Shown in pieces: positions 30,567-39,958 of a stretch of 64,000 nucleotides of DNA. The notes under the pieces are model-generated. The model worked only from the letters and a program-made list of their open reading frames with translations, did no database searches and was not told where the DNA came from. Positions within the stretch are counted from its first letter, which is position 1. Each line of letters starts with the position of its first letter. A program made the translations under genes and the position numbers. Source of the DNA: an uncultured Gemmatimonadaceae bacterium (GTDB taxonomy: Bacteria; Gemmatimonadota; Gemmatimonadetes; Gemmatimonadales; Gemmatimonadaceae); assembly GCA_963829055.1 (NCBI GenBank), contig CAWHHI010000020.1, positions 984,695 to 1,048,694 of the forward strand, written 5' to 3'.

Positions 30567-30938
30567 ATGTCTTGTTTTCGCCGCGCGCTCATTGGCGCCC
30601 TGATCCTGATGATGCCGGCGGCGCTCGCGGCGCAGACGCTGACGCCCGGAACGTGGACCGGATCGATTTCGCCACCGTCCGAGCAGAAGCTCGACGTGAC
30701 GTTCGATGTTCGCATGAGCGGCGATACGACGAAGATCACGATGAAGGGTGCCGGCAACGAGCTCGCTTTCGACGACGTCAAGGTGGCGGCGAGTCTTCTC
30801 GTCTTCACGTTCTCACCCGGCGGCGGAGGCACGATCCGCTGCTCGCTGGCGCTTCAGGCCGACAAGAGCTATTCGGGCGACTGCGTCGACCCGCAAGGCG
30901 GGAAGGGCCAGATCGTCATGCGGCCGCCGAAGTCGTAG
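30567..30938 (+). CDS. Small secreted beta-rich protein, paralogue A
   Basis: Signal peptide ending ALAA; GTWTG; two Cys; clear paralogue at 36770. Confidence 0.75.
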   Translation: MSCFRRALIGALILMMPAALAAQTLTPGTWTGSISPPSEQKLDVTFDVRMSGDTTKITMKGAGNELAFDDVKVAASLLVFTFSPGGGGTIRCSLALQADKSYSGDCVDPQGGKGQIVMRPPKS

Positions 30939-30976
30939 CCTAACGACTCATCGCGGTCGGACATGGTCCGGTCGAC

Positions 30977-32158
30977 TCACCGCCCACGCCGTCGTCCTGG
31001 CAGGTCCATTCGCTCGTTTAGAATCTCGGCGTATCGGCTATAGCTGAAGACGCGTCCACGCTGCTTGCGTGTGAGCTCGGTAACGATTCCCAGTCGCTCG
31101 AGTGACGCCAGCGCCTTGTTGATCGTTGCTTGCGCCAGGCCGGTACTCGCGCCGAGCGAGGCGGCCGTCGCGATTGGCTGCCGTTGTAAGTCGCAATGAA
31201 CCACGAGGGCGGAACTGGCGGCACGACCCAACCCTTCGATGCGGCGGCTGTCCGAGGACGCGAGTTCCAGAAGACGCTTGGCGGAGTCGGAGGCCGAGGT
31301 GGCGGTGGCGGCGACCGCGTCGCAGAAGAACTCCAGCCATGCCTCCCAGTCACCCGTTAGGCGGACCTGATTGAGAAGGTCGTAGTAGGTCTGTCGGTGT
31401 TCCTTGAAGTGGAGGCTGAGATAGAGTAGCGGCTCACGGAGAAGCCCATCGGCACACAACTGCATCGTGATGAGTAGGCGGCCAATGCGACCGTTGCCGT
31501 CGAGGAACGGATGAATCGTCTCGAACTGCACGTGGGCAAGCGCGGCCTTGATCAGCGGCGCTGTTGGCTCGGGCTGATCGTGAAGAAAACGTTCGAGATC
31601 CCTGAGACAGTCCTGGACCTCGGTCGCGGGCGGCGGCACGAACACCGCGTTCCCGGGTCTGGTCCCGCCGATCCAGACCTGCGTTCGGCGGAGTTCCCCC
31701 GGCGCCAGACTCGCGCCGCGGCCATGACCAAGCAATACCTTGTGGATCTCGCGTAGGAGTCTCACCGAGAGCGGGAATCCGGCGCGCACTCTTTCGAGTC
31801 CGTGCTCGAGAGCTGCGACGTAAAGGCTCACCTCACGCGCATCGTCAACCGGGACACCGGGCTGTTCGTCGAGCTCGTACAGCATGAGGTCCGCAAGCGA
31901 GGATTGGGTACCCTCGATCATGGAGGAGAGCACCGCCTCTTTCCGCACGAAGCTGTACAACAGCAGGGCAGCGTTAGGTAGCAGGTCGGCGATAGCGTCG
32001 AGCCGCCCGAGCGCGAGAAGCGCTGCGTCGTAACGCCGTCGCAGCGCTGGCGTCCACTGGACGTCCGGACGAGGCGGAAGCGGCGTCGGGACAAAAGCCT
32101 TGAACGGCTCATCCGCAGAGCGGACCTGTAGGTAGCGACCCTGCGGCGTGCAATGCAT
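30977..32158 (-). CDS. Fic family protein with N-terminal inhibitory motif and C-terminal HTH
   Basis: HPFLDGNGRIGR Fic motif; EAVLSSMIEG (S/TxxxEG); C-terminal wHTH-like segment. Confidence 0.93.
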   Translation of the reverse strand: MHCTPQGRYLQVRSADEPFKAFVPTPLPPRPDVQWTPALRRRYDAALLALGRLDAIADLLPNAALLLYSFVRKEAVLSSMIEGTQSSLADLMLYELDEQPGVPVDDAREVSLYVAALEHGLERVRAGFPLSVRLLREIHKVLLGHGRGASLAPGELRRTQVWIGGTRPGNAVFVPPPATEVQDCLRDLERFLHDQPEPTAPLIKAALAHVQFETIHPFLDGNGRIGRLLITMQLCADGLLREPLLYLSLHFKEHRQTYYDLLNQVRLTGDWEAWLEFFCDAVAATATSASDSAKRLLELASSDSRRIEGLGRAASSALVVHCDLQRQPIATAASLGASTGLAQATINKALASLERLGIVTELTRKQRGRVFSYSRYAEILNERMDLPGRRRGR

Positions 32159-32170
32159 TGATTCTGGAAC

Positions 32171-32220
32171 GTGAAATAGCAGGAGTTTTTATTTTACGAT
32201 GTAGCCATATGTTAAAATAG
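32171..32220. promoter_or_regulatory. AT-rich inverted repeat upstream of the Fic gene, probable operator/promoter
   Basis: TATTTTA 32190-32196 / TAAAATA 32213-32219, plus related GTGAAATAG at 32171. Confidence 0.45.
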
Positions 32221-32313
32221 GAACACGTGGCGGGCAAGGACAAATCAGTTCAGGGATCGCGCATCGGCGTGCTCCTGAGCTACGTACGCCCAGCCCGCGC
32301 CGGTTCGTACAAA

Positions 32314-33951
32314 TCACCGCTTCGTCAGCGTAGGACGGGTGGGACTTTGCGCGAGGTCCCAGCTCAGCTGATGCACGAGCTTCGCGATGCGCTCCATCTT
32401 CGGATAGTTGATGCGGTCCGCCGTGTCAGTCGTTAGGTGGTAATCGGGGTGCAGGCCCGTGTGAAACCAGATCGCCGGCACCCCGTGCTGGAGGAACGGC
32501 CAGCTGTCGCTGCGCCTCACGAGCTGCGACGTGTTGTTGTCGTAGTTCTTCTTGAACGTGAGACCGTACGCGGCATTCGCGCGCTCCGCGGCCGCGGTGA
32601 GCGAGCTCCGGCTCCAGCCGAGCAGCGTGACCGTGTTCTTGTTGGACTCGCCCGTCTGGACCGGAAGTCCGCGAAACCGCGCGCCGCCGTTCTCCGGCAC
32701 CTCTTCGTTCCGACCGATCATGTCCATGTTGATCATGGCCACCGTGCGATCCAGCGGAACTGACGGCGCCTCCGTGTAGCCCCACGACCCCATCAGCGGC
32801 CCGCGTTCCTCGGAGTTGAAGGACGCGAACAGGACCGAACGTTTTGGGCGTTGCCCGTTCGCCGCTGCCTTCGCGTACGCTTCGGCGATCGCGAGCAGCG
32901 CCGCGGCGCCGGACGCGTTGTCGTCGGCGCCGTGGAAGATCGTGTCGCCGACCGCGCCGTTGTGATCGGGATGCGCGGCGATGACGACCCACTCGTTCTT
33001 GAGGCGCGGGTCCGATCCCTCGATCGCGCCGAGCACGTTGCGATCGACAACCGTCCGCCTAACGACTGACGCGGTGACCGTCACGCGAACTCCGGCAATG
33101 GCGACAGGCGGCGAGCCTTTCGCGGTCTCCGACTCACGGGCAAGGTCGGCGAGTGACTTCCCCGCTCCGCGCACGAGACTGTCCCCGAGCGCGACGGAGA
33201 TCTGGCCGACGGGAATCGTGAGCTTGTCGGCCCACGCCGCGAGCGTGTACGGCAGGAGATGTGGTGGCTGCGCCGGCCAGTAGCCGCGCGACGCCGCCTC
33301 GAAGTTCTGTGCACCCTGATGATTCTGCACATCGGTCACGAACAGCACCGCCGCCGCACCGCGCGCCTGCGCCGCGAGCGCCTTCTTGAGCGGGTTCGAG
33401 TACTCGGTGGTGACGACGCCATCGAACGCGCTCGTGCTGTCGGTCTCGCCGGGCTCGTGGTCGAGCACGAGCAATACCTTCCCGCGCACGTCGCCGCCGA
33501 GGTCGTCGTAGCCTAACGGTTGAGCGGTGATGCCGAAGTGCGCGAATACGAGCTCGCCGGTCGCGGTGCCCGACGCGCTGTACCGTAGTGGGTAGAACCC
33601 GGTCGTCAGGCCATAGCGGACCACCTGATCACCACGTGCGACGGCGAGCTCGTTGGTGCCGCTTCCGAGCGCCCCGAGCGATAGGCCGTATGGAAGGAGG
33701 TAGGAACCGTTCGCACCCATGGGCTTGAGACCGAGCCACTTGAAGCGCGACGCAACCCACTCGAGCGCGATGGCGTTCTCGGGAGTGTCCGTTAGGCGGC
33801 CGCGGAGTTCATCACTGGCAAGGAACTCGAGGTCGGCCCGCATCTTCTGCGTCGTGATGACGTCGCTGGCGGGCGCACGCGTGGACTTCGCTGTCTGCGC
33901 GCCGAGGAGAGCGGGAAGAGCGATCGCGATCAGTGCAGAGATACGACGCAT
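32314..33951 (-). CDS. M28 family peptidase with PA domain
   Basis: AHPDH, GADDNASG, SEERG, NMDMIGR, RSD and HPDYH motifs. Confidence 0.92.
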   Translation of the reverse strand: MRRISALIAIALPALLGAQTAKSTRAPASDVITTQKMRADLEFLASDELRGRLTDTPENAIALEWVASRFKWLGLKPMGANGSYLLPYGLSLGALGSGTNELAVARGDQVVRYGLTTGFYPLRYSASGTATGELVFAHFGITAQPLGYDDLGGDVRGKVLLVLDHEPGETDSTSAFDGVVTTEYSNPLKKALAAQARGAAAVLFVTDVQNHQGAQNFEAASRGYWPAQPPHLLPYTLAAWADKLTIPVGQISVALGDSLVRGAGKSLADLARESETAKGSPPVAIAGVRVTVTASVVRRTVVDRNVLGAIEGSDPRLKNEWVVIAAHPDHNGAVGDTIFHGADDNASGAAALLAIAEAYAKAAANGQRPKRSVLFASFNSEERGPLMGSWGYTEAPSVPLDRTVAMINMDMIGRNEEVPENGGARFRGLPVQTGESNKNTVTLLGWSRSSLTAAAERANAAYGLTFKKNYDNNTSQLVRRSDSWPFLQHGVPAIWFHTGLHPDYHLTTDTADRINYPKMERIAKLVHQLSWDLAQSPTRPTLTKR

Positions 33952-33972
33952 GAAATCCTCTTGTGAAATGAT

Positions 33973-34135
33973 CGTCATTCCGAGCGGCGTTGTCATTCCG
34001 AGCGGATGATGTCATTCCGAGCGAGCGCAGCGCAGTCGAGGAATCGCTGGTCATCGCGTAGCAGAGGGCCCTCTACTCGGCGACAGTCGCGATTCCTCGA
34101 CTCCGCCGCTGACGCGGCCTCCGCTCGGAATGACG
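33973..34135. repeat. Nested-palindrome element, copy 2 (triple head)
   Basis: GTCATTCCGAGCG at 33974, 33992 and 34011; GTCGAGGAATC; CAGAGGGCCCTCTA; GATTCCTCGAC; CGCTCGGAATGAC. Confidence 0.9.
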
Positions 34136-34136
34136 G

Positions 34137-35051
34137 CTAGGGTGTGATGGGCCAGATAGTCACGTGCGCGAGCGGCGTGCGGGTCATCCGGCCGCGCATG
34201 GTCTTCACCACGGAATCGAGCTCGAACAGCTCCGCGCGGCCGAGTGCCAGTGCATGCTCGTCCGGCTGATCGACGGTGCCTTGCGGGTAGTCGCGGAACG
34301 GAGTGCGGGTCTGCTCGATGTGTGCGCCGAGCAGGTGCGCGACGTCGTGGCTCCGCGTGAACCGGGCGAGCCGATCGATGCTCACCGCAAACGCGGCGGT
34401 ATCACGGACGTAGAGACGGCCCGGGTAGAACGTGTCGCCAGTGAGGAGCACGCCGGTGCGACGATCGTAAACGGCGATGCTCGCCGGCTGGTGACCGGGG
34501 ATCGGCAATACGTCCAGGACTCGGCCGCCCAGGTCGATCGTGGCACTGTCCTCGGGCCAGCGCGCGATCTTGAAGAACGCACGCACCGAGGCCGTATCAC
34601 GGCCGACGACGGTCGTTTCCGGTCGACGCACGAACTGGCTGTCGCCGGCGACGTGGTCGCCGTGCGCGTGACTGTGCGCGACGACGAGCTCCATCGGTGC
34701 ACCGGCGCCAGCGTGCTGGGCCGCCCACGACCTAACGAGGCTATCCACGGGGCCAACCACATCGACGTGGCCAGCTCCCGTGTCGAGCAGTAGCGCGCGC
34801 TCGCGGCCGAAGATCAGATAGAGAAACGGCTTCTCGAAGTTCGTGCACGCCGCCTGACGCAGGATGAAGAAGTCCGGATTGTAGGCGTGCACGCGGATGT
34901 GAGGCGCACTGCCGCAGTCCGCGCCTCCGGCGTAGAAGCTGTCCGGCAGCCGGCCCGGTTCGAGGTGGCCGGTCTGGTCGGACGTGCGAGGCCCACGCGC
35001 GCACGAGAGCGCGGCACACACAACTCCGACGAAAACAAGAGATCGTGACAT
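34137..35051 (-). CDS. MBL-fold metallo-hydrolase (lipoprotein-like)
   Basis: LLLDTG, HSHAHGDH, PGH, LTGD and GAH motifs. Confidence 0.9.
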   Translation of the reverse strand: MSRSLVFVGVVCAALSCARGPRTSDQTGHLEPGRLPDSFYAGGADCGSAPHIRVHAYNPDFFILRQAACTNFEKPFLYLIFGRERALLLDTGAGHVDVVGPVDSLVRSWAAQHAGAGAPMELVVAHSHAHGDHVAGDSQFVRRPETTVVGRDTASVRAFFKIARWPEDSATIDLGGRVLDVLPIPGHQPASIAVYDRRTGVLLTGDTFYPGRLYVRDTAAFAVSIDRLARFTRSHDVAHLLGAHIEQTRTPFRDYPQGTVDQPDEHALALGRAELFELDSVVKTMRGRMTRTPLAHVTIWPITP

Positions 35052-35086
35052 TGCCGGTATTATGGCCCATCTCGGTGTCGAGCGGG

Positions 35087-35895
35087 ATGTCAGACGAACG
35101 AGCGTCGCTACCTTCGTGCGGTGCGATCCTCCTCCGACTCTCGCTGTCCACACTCGCGGCACTCGCGGCGTCCAGCTGGCCCGTCGCCAACGCCGGCGCC
35201 CAGCGGCTCGAAGCCCTCTGGTACCTGCGCGGCGAGCAGAGCATCCAGTCCTTCCTCGCGAACGCCGACCAGATCGCGATCGTCGCTCCGCAAGTCTTCA
35301 CGATGGACTCGACGGGGATGATTCGCGGGCAGGTCGATCCGCGGGTGATCGAGACCGCTCGCGCGAAGGGCGTGAAGCTCATGCCGCTGGTGATGAATGC
35401 GGCGCGTTCGACTACAAGGCGCTCGCCGATACGCTCGACTTCATCTCGTACATGACGTACGCGCAGCACACGGGCGGCTCTCCTCCGGGACCAGTGGCGG
35501 GCTATCCGTGGATGAAGGCGTGCCTCGAGTATGTGCTGTCGCTCGGCGTGCCGCCATCGAAGATCTCGTTAGGCCTCGCCGCGTATTCGGACTGGTGGTA
35601 CCCCGCCTACGACGAGACGAACGGCGCTCGGCTGCGCGGCAGCGACGTCTCGTACGTGCGCGTCAAGGCGATCCTCGACAGCGCGGGAGTGAAGCCGATC
35701 TGGGACGCCACTCAGAAGTCGCCGCACGCGATGTGGGAGGTGCAGGACGTCTTCCGTCACGCATGGCTCGAGGACGCACGCGCATTCATGGCCAAGCGTG
35801 AGCTCGCGCGGAGGTATCGCCTGCGCGGCTACTCGGTGTGGGTGTTAGGCAGCGAGGATGCGGCGGTCTGGGGCCTGCTCAGGGCGCACCCGTGA
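35087..35895 (+). pseudogene. GH18 glycoside hydrolase (YdhD/YaaH-like) with internal deletion
   Basis: N-part (IVAPQVF...GVKLMPLVMN) joins in another frame directly to AFDYKAL...YMTYAQH...PGPVA...GYSVWVLGSED; catalytic strand region absent. Confidence 0.7.
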
Positions 35896-36289
35896 CGGTC
35901 TCGGCGGGTGCTCGCAGGTGCGCCGCGGCCATCAGGCTGGGGAGCTGACGAAACCACTGCAGCGCAGTCACCAGGTCCTCTGGCGACTCGAGCTCCACGG
36001 TGCGCTCGTCGCGGCCGCGCTCGATGCGCACGTACAGGAGATGCTTGATCGGCAATCCGTGCCCGCCCTTCCCCGCGTAGAAGTAGCGATACGGGAGGAC
36101 GACGGTCGCATCGAACGGCCGCGTTCCGAGAATACGCTCGATGAGTGCGCGTCCTGCCGCCGAGATGGCGAATCGGAACCGCCCCACTTCGCCTCCGCGA
36201 TGCACGGACACCTCGGCGAATGCACCACGCGGCGTTTCACCCGCCTGGATGATCTCGGGGTCTTGAGGGTCTCGATCGTTCAGTTCCAT
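35879..36289 (-). CDS. Hypothetical protein
   Basis: 136-aa ORF with ATG, upstream AGGA and protein-like composition. Confidence 0.5.
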   Translation of the reverse strand: MELNDRDPQDPEIIQAGETPRGAFAEVSVHRGGEVGRFRFAISAAGRALIERILGTRPFDATVVLPYRYFYAGKGGHGLPIKHLLYVRIERGRDERTVELESPEDLVTALQWFRQLPSLMAAAHLRAPAETVTGAP

Positions 36290-36369
36290 GCGGTCCTGCC
36301 ATCTCTCGGAGAGGTACGTTCACCAGCGTAACCTACCTCCCCGGCGCGACCACCGCTCGCGGCTGCAGC

Positions 36370-36594
36370 TTACGGCTTGTCGTGCCAGTGCCCGTGCGCC
36401 GCCGACCAGACGCGACCGTTGCTCTCCTCGCCGTCTTTGTGACCACGAGTAGACAGGAACGCGGTCGCGATCAGCACGAGCGCGCCTAGAGCAACGAGCG
36501 CACGCGACCTCAATCGCCGCCGACGTTTTTCGTGCTCCTCAGCCTCGCGGTTCAACTCCGCGCGCTGCTTGCGGTCTTCTCGCTTCGTGGACAT
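36370..36594 (-). CDS. Small membrane protein with C-terminal His-rich motif
   Basis: Basic N-terminus, one hydrophobic helix, VWSAAHGHWHD end; GAGG upstream. Confidence 0.6.
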   Translation of the reverse strand: MSTKREDRKQRAELNREAEEHEKRRRRLRSRALVALGALVLIATAFLSTRGHKDGEESNGRVWSAAHGHWHDKP

Positions 36595-36769
36595 TCGCGC
36601 GCCTCACCTCGGATGAGGCAACGCTACGGTCGTTCGTGCGAGCCGGCAAGCGGTGCGCGTGTCATCCACGCCCAAGCGCGCCTGGAACCTGGGGGGTCGT
36701 CGAGCCGTACCGAGGGAACAGCGTGTGATGTGCACCTGACCGCACAACGGCTCTTCCCTGGAGAATTAC

Positions 36770-37138
36770 ATGCACTCCCTGCATCGACTACTCATCGGCG
36801 CGCTCATTCTCGCGATGCCGGCCTCGCTGGCGGCGCAGAAGCTGACCCCCGGCACCTGGACCGGGACGATGTCCCCTCCGGGGAACCAGACGATGGACAT
36901 GGCCTTCGACGTTCGTGTGAGCGGTGACACGACGAAGATCACGATGAAGGGCGGCGGCCTCGAGATGGAGGTCACCGGCGTCAAGGTCGAGGCCAACCGA
37001 CTCCTGTTCACGTTTACGCCCGGCGATGCAACGGTCCAGTGCACGTTGCTGCTTCGCGATGACAAGAGCTACTCGGGAGATTGCGTCGATCTCCAGGGCG
37101 CCAAGGGCGTGATCGTCATGAAGCCACCGAAGGCGTAG
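36770..37138 (+). CDS. Small secreted beta-rich protein, paralogue B
   Basis: Aligns over its whole length with 30567..30938. Confidence 0.75.
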   Translation: MHSLHRLLIGALILAMPASLAAQKLTPGTWTGTMSPPGNQTMDMAFDVRVSGDTTKITMKGGGLEMEVTGVKVEANRLLFTFTPGDATVQCTLLLRDDKSYSGDCVDLQGAKGVIVMKPPKA

Positions 37139-37151
37139 CCTGCGAACGGCC

Positions 37152-37163
37152 CTCGGAATGACA
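37152..37163. repeat. Remnant right end of the palindromic element
   Basis: CTCGGAATGACA between convergent genes. Confidence 0.55.
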
Positions 37164-37164
37164 G

Positions 37165-38637
37165 CTAGGGCGTGCGCACCGCGACGCGCCCGACCACGCG
37201 AATCCAGTTCACGCGACCGCCGTCGTCACGCACGAACTCAATGGACTGGCCGAGGTCCGGGCCGTCCGTGACGACGGCGCGGTCGCGTCCGAAGAAGGCG
37301 ATCGGAAACTCGCGAGGGGTGCCGTTCCCGGTAGGACGGTCCTGCACGATCAGCTTTCCGCCCTCGGCGCGCACGACGACCGTGTTGCTCGGGCGCGCGT
37401 ATGAGCCCACGTACGGCGCGAGGTCGGGCTGCCGCGCGAGCGGCTTCACGGACGGCAGCGTCTCGACGAGCCCGCGATGCGCGATGCCCTGATTGAGCGC
37501 GTACGTAGCGTCGAGGTAGGACTTGAGCGCCTCGCGCTCGACGTCCTGTATGAGGCGCCAGCCGGTATTCGAGTTCGTCAGGATGGCGATGGCAAAGTTG
37601 CGCTCCGGCACGAGCTCGAGGAGCAGGATGTGTCCGCCTAACGTGCCGCCGTGGGAGAACGTGCGGATCGGGCCGACGTGGCGCATGTGCCACGAGATGC
37701 CGATCGAGTCGTCGGTGCTCTGCTTGGCGCTCTGCGCCGTGCGCATGAGCTCGAGGGACTTGCGCTCGAGCACGCGCTCGCCGTTAGGCGCGGTGCCGTC
37801 GCCCAGATGGAAGCGCGCGTAGGTGAGGATGTCCGTGATGCAGAGCCCGACGCCGCCGGCGGTGACGCTCGCCGATGGCGAGAATGGACGCTGGAGCGTC
37901 GTCTTGCCGTCGCGTGTGGAATGGCCGGCCGCGAATCGATTGACGATGAAATCGCCCGGCGTCGTTCCCGCATGCTCGAGGCCTAACGGCTGGAACACGA
38001 GGTCGCGGATGGCGCGGTTGATGGACGTGCCCGTCGCGACCTCGATGACGCGCCCCGCGATGCTGAAGCCGGCGTTGTTGTAGCTCCACGCCTTGCCGGG
38101 CGGCGCGACCTGCATCAGGTCGGTGAGCGTCGGCGACGCGACGAAGTTCTCGAGTGTGGCGCTGCCACGGTCGGGACCGGAGACCTGCCCTTCCCAGCCG
38201 CCGAGGTGCGTGAGGAGATGCCACACGGTGACGTCGCGGCTCACGGTCGAGTCGCGCACGCGGAAGTTGGGGATGTAGGTCCGCACGGGTGCACGGAGGT
38301 CGACCTTCCCCTGCTCGACGAGCCGCATCATCGCGGTCGCGGCGAACGTCTTCGAGATCGATGCGATCGGGAAGACGGTGTGCGCGGTGACGGGCAGCGA
38401 GTCTTCGACGTTGGTGATGCCGAGTCCACGTGTGGTCACGGTGTTGCCGTCGATGATTCCGAGGGCGACGCCGGGGACGCCGAACTCCTTCATCTTCGCT
38501 TCGGTGAGCGCCACGAGCGCGTCGAAGCGCGGATTGCTGGCGGCTTGTGCGTGTAGCTCGCGGTCGCCGACAAACGGCATCGCGAGCACGGCGACCGCGA
38601 CGTATGCCGCGGGTCGTCGACGAGGGAGAGTGCGCAT
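37165..38637 (-). CDS. Serine hydrolase, beta-lactamase (AmpC-like) family
   Basis: SISK (SxxK), YNN (YxN) and HGG motifs; signal peptide. Confidence 0.92.
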   Translation of the reverse strand: MRTLPRRRPAAYVAVAVLAMPFVGDRELHAQAASNPRFDALVALTEAKMKEFGVPGVALGIIDGNTVTTRGLGITNVEDSLPVTAHTVFPIASISKTFAATAMMRLVEQGKVDLRAPVRTYIPNFRVRDSTVSRDVTVWHLLTHLGGWEGQVSGPDRGSATLENFVASPTLTDLMQVAPPGKAWSYNNAGFSIAGRVIEVATGTSINRAIRDLVFQPLGLEHAGTTPGDFIVNRFAAGHSTRDGKTTLQRPFSPSASVTAGGVGLCITDILTYARFHLGDGTAPNGERVLERKSLELMRTAQSAKQSTDDSIGISWHMRHVGPIRTFSHGGTLGGHILLLELVPERNFAIAILTNSNTGWRLIQDVEREALKSYLDATYALNQGIAHRGLVETLPSVKPLARQPDLAPYVGSYARPSNTVVVRAEGGKLIVQDRPTGNGTPREFPIAFFGRDRAVVTDGPDLGQSIEFVRDDGGRVNWIRVVGRVAVRTP

Positions 38638-38731
38638 GGGTTCAACCTACACCATGGTCACGCTGACTTCACGAAGCGCTGTTCGACAGCGAAGGCGTTG
38701 ACGGGCCGCGTAACGCTCCGGAGATTGCCGC

Positions 38732-39958
38732 ATGACCTCTCGTCTTCGGTTCGTTGCGTTGTTGCTGGCGTTCGCCGGTTGCTCGTCGCCTGAAGGAAAG
38801 GGAACGGCAGGGCTCGCGGCGCTGCCATCGCCTGCCGGTCCGCGCAGCGGGGAGCCATTCCTCGCCACAGACGCTTCCGGCGCGGTGCACATGACGTGGA
38901 TCGAGCGGACCGGCGACTCGACGCACGCGGTGCGGTACGCGCGACTGGACAGCGGCAACACGTGGTCGACGCCGACCACGGTCGTCGAGCGTCGCGATCT
39001 GTTCGTCAACTGGGCCGACTACCCCAGCGTGATCGCCACGCCGTCCGGTCGGCTGGTCGTTCACTGGTTGCAGCGCAGCGGGAATGGGCGATACGCCTAC
39101 GACGTGCGCATCGCACAGTCCACTGATCGTGGGGTGACCTGGAGCGACGGGACCGTGTTGCACACCGATCGGTCGGGAAGTGAGCACGGGTTCGTGGCGA
39201 CGTGGGTCGCGCCCGGTGATTCCGTACGCGCGGCGTGGCTCGATGGGCGGCACATGACGAGCGACAGCGGCGGTCATGGGACCGGTGCGATGAGCGTGCA
39301 ATCCGTAGCCGCGGCACCGAGCGGCGCCCTGGGCCGAGAGGAGCCGCTCGACCTTCGCACCTGCGACTGCTGTCAGGTCGCCGCGACGGTCACGCCCTCA
39401 GGACCGGTGATCGCGTATCGTGATCGAACGGATGACGAGATCCGCGACATCGCGGTCGTGCGTCAGGTCAACGGGCAGTGGACGCCCCCGTCCATCGTGC
39501 ACCAGGACGGATGGCACATCGAGGCGTGCCCGGTGAACGGACCCGCGCTCGCCTCGCGAGGAGACACCGTGGCTATCGCGTGGTTCACCGGCGCGCAGGA
39601 CACGGCGCGCGTGCGCGTCGCATTCTCGGTCGACGGCGGACAGCGGTTCGCGGCCCCCGTGCGCATCGATGCCGGTACGCCGGCGGGGCGTGTCGGCATC
39701 ACCCTCGACGAGAACGGCGACGCCATCGTGAGCTGGCTCGAGCGTGTTCCTCCCGAGGACGCGGAAGTGCGCGTACGACGCGTGGCGCGCACGGGAGAGA
39801 TGGGTGCGCCGATCGTCGTATCACGAACAAAGGCCGCGCGCGCCTCGGGGTTTCCGCGGATCGTGCGCAGTGGTGACACCCTCGTAGCCGCGTGGACGCT
39901 ACCGGGGGACAGCGCGAGGGTCATGCTCGGTCGCCTGTCACTCCGTGAGCTCAAGTGA
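38732..39958 (+). CDS. BNR/sialidase-like beta-propeller lipoprotein
   Basis: Lipobox FAGC; Asp-boxes STDRGVTW and SVDGGQRF; NWADYP, TCDCC and ACPVNGP motifs. Confidence 0.85.
   Translation: MTSRLRFVALLLAFAGCSSPEGKGTAGLAALPSPAGPRSGEPFLATDASGAVHMTWIERTGDSTHAVRYARLDSGNTWSTPTTVVERRDLFVNWADYPSVIATPSGRLVVHWLQRSGNGRYAYDVRIAQSTDRGVTWSDGTVLHTDRSGSEHGFVATWVAPGDSVRAAWLDGRHMTSDSGGHGTGAMSVQSVAAAPSGALGREEPLDLRTCDCCQVAATVTPSGPVIAYRDRTDDEIRDIAVVRQVNGQWTPPSIVHQDGWHIEACPVNGPALASRGDTVAIAWFTGAQDTARVRVAFSVDGGQRFAAPVRIDAGTPAGRVGITLDENGDAIVSWLERVPPEDAEVRVRRVARTGEMGAPIVVSRTKAARASGFPRIVRSGDTLVAAWTLPGDSARVMLGRLSLRELK

Noticed and set aside
33973..34135. Tandem GTCATTCCGAGCG units as a CRISPR array
   Set aside because: Only 2-3 units of 13 bp with 4-8 nt spacers, part of a larger inverted-repeat element, and no cas genes in the window
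37165..38637. Beta-lactam resistance gene
   Set aside because: SxxK/YxN/HGG motifs mark the broad serine hydrolase family; nothing indicates a true beta-lactamase
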